This document shows, one piece after another, positions 63,000 to 64,000 of a stretch of 64,000 nt of DNA. Source of the DNA: Bacteroidales bacterium (GTDB lineage Bacteria > Bacteroidota > Bacteroidia > Bacteroidales > UBA932); contig JAPXOZ010000004.1 in the NCBI GenBank assembly GCA_033811195.1, positions 36,625 through 100,624 on the forward strand. Reading direction: 5' to 3'. A model generated the notes under the pieces. The model was not told the DNA's origin. It saw only the letters and a list, made by a program, of their open reading frames with translations, and did not search any database. The position numbers and the translations under genes were made by a program. Numbering within the stretch: position 1 is the stretch's first letter; every line of letters begins with the position of its first letter.

Positions 63000-64000
63000 A
63001 TGAGGAAAATTTCAAAAACATTGAAGAGGTGGCACGAAAATAATATTGACACTCTCGGCAAACTCTTCGAGTATTCAACCACGAAATATAGTAATAACAA
63101 ACAGTCTCAGGTAATAGACGGGGAACTCTATTATACTTACGCTTCATTTAAAGAAAAGTGTGAGTCAATCTCAAATAAACTCAGTCAGTATGGTATAGGA
63201 GCCAGTGACAAGGTCGCAATTCTTGCCCACAACACTCCCAACTGGACGGTAGCTTTCTTTGCCTGCGTGCCTTTTAGCCGCATTGTGGTACCAATCCTTA
63301 CCGAATCTTCAGAAAATGAAGTGACCAATATTCTGCACCATTCCGATAGCAAGGTTATTTTCATTTCCAGAAAACTTCTCTACAAACTTTCTCAGGAGTC
63401 ACTTTCCAGAATGAGATTGGTAGTGGATATTGATACCTTCGAGATTATTAAAGCGGATGAGGAGGCATTTACCTGTGACGGTAGGGTGGCCGTGCCGATG
63501 CCAAATGATATTGCTGCCATTATCTACACTTCAGGCACTACAGGCAGTGCTAAGGGGGTGTTACTGAGCCACCGCAATTTCATATCCAATATAATGGCCT
63601 GTTATTATTCTCACAAGTGTACGGATAAGGATAGTTGCATATCAATCCTACCGATGGCTCATACATACGAACTTTCTCTCGGAGTGCTCTATCCGATCTA
63701 TTGCGGCGCAACAGTCTATTATCTCTCCACACCGCCTGTACCCGCACTACTGATGGCTGCTATGAAGAAAATTCGTCCTACAGCGCTCCTCACCGTACCA
63801 TTGATTATTGAAAAAATTTACCGCAATAGCGTTTTACCTGCCATTAGAAAGAGCAAGACCCTCTCTTGGTTGAATGAGCATCACAACAGACTGATGTGCC
63901 GTATTATAGGATGGAAGCTTAAAAAGAGTTTCGGCGGCAAGCTCAATTTCTTTGGTGTGGGCGGTGCCAAGCTCGACACTACTGTCGAGGAGTTTCTCTG
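63000..64000 (+). CDS. AMP-dependent synthetase/ligase (long-chain acyl-CoA ligase-like), 5' part; runs off the right window edge
   Basis: My translation from ATG 63000 reads MRKISKTLKRWHENNIDTLGKLFEYSTTKYSNNKQSQVIDGELYYTYASFKEK... and contains the AMP-binding motif IIYTSGTTGSAKGV. Open to the end of the window. Confidence 0.8.
   Translation, partial: MRKISKTLKRWHENNIDTLGKLFEYSTTKYSNNKQSQVIDGELYYTYASFKEKCESISNKLSQYGIGASDKVAILAHNTPNWTVAFFACVPFSRIVVPILTESSENEVTNILHHSDSKVIFISRKLLYKLSQESLSRMRLVVDIDTFEIIKADEEAFTCDGRVAVPMPNDIAAIIYTSGTTGSAKGVLLSHRNFISNIMACYYSHKCTDKDSCISILPMAHTYELSLGVLYPIYCGATVYYLSTPPVPALLMAAMKKIRPTALLTVPLIIEKIYRNSVLPAIRKSKTLSWLNEHHNRLMCRIIGWKLKKSFGGKLNFFGVGGAKLDTTVEEFL

Noticed and set aside
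62749-63147. 132-aa minus-strand ORF spanning the asnA / acyl-CoA ligase intergenic region
   Set aside because: It overlaps the 5' ends of both flanking, well-supported genes and has no motif. It is most likely spurious.

Overview
64-kb chromosomal window from a Bacteroidota (Bacteroidales-like) genome; I cannot name the species from sequence alone. I count about 58 protein-coding genes. I saw no rRNA or tRNA genes, no CRISPR array, and no transposase or phage genes. Most of the window is conserved housekeeping: dtd (partial), purD, parE, methylmalonyl-CoA mutase mutA/mutB, rpsU, hutU, xerC-hpf, lplA, a PAP2 phosphatase, obg-adk-hpt, purE, an MltD-like/DUF5683/parB/parA block, GH2 plus galM, an RRM protein, a purF-like gene, a comEC-like gene, ackA-ptb-buk, a MATE pump, ettA, asnA and a partial acyl-CoA ligase. 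The accessory part is about 26.8-47.1 kb. A + strand lipid kinase-YfhO-flippase operon abuts, with convergent stops 1 nt apart, a 16-gene minus-strand glycan locus. That locus encodes a complete legionaminic-acid-type nonulosonic acid pathway: 4,6-dehydratase, aminotransferase, NeuB, hydrolysing NeuC, CMP-synthetase and PtmF/PtmA/PtmE-like genes. It also carries a NeuD/PglD-type acyltransferase next to a private ACP-FabG-FabH module, a Cys-rich KpsC/KpsS-like HP-motif candidate nonulosonate transferase, and a deacetylase/unknown/GT2 trio. The locus looks AT-rich and compositionally mosaic. The second unusual element is a dispersed family of heptanucleotide intergenic arrays (GAGTNNN / NNNACTC) at four loci. 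These include a roughly 78-unit array that is G-free for 526 nt and a run of 19 near-perfect 14-mers, each preceded by an arm of opposite polarity. The ORF-finder proteins inside these arrays are artefacts. TAnnTTTG boxes recur 25-40 nt upstream of start codons, which fits Bacteroidetes primary-sigma promoters. All functional calls come from motifs and family resemblance read by eye; no database search was run.
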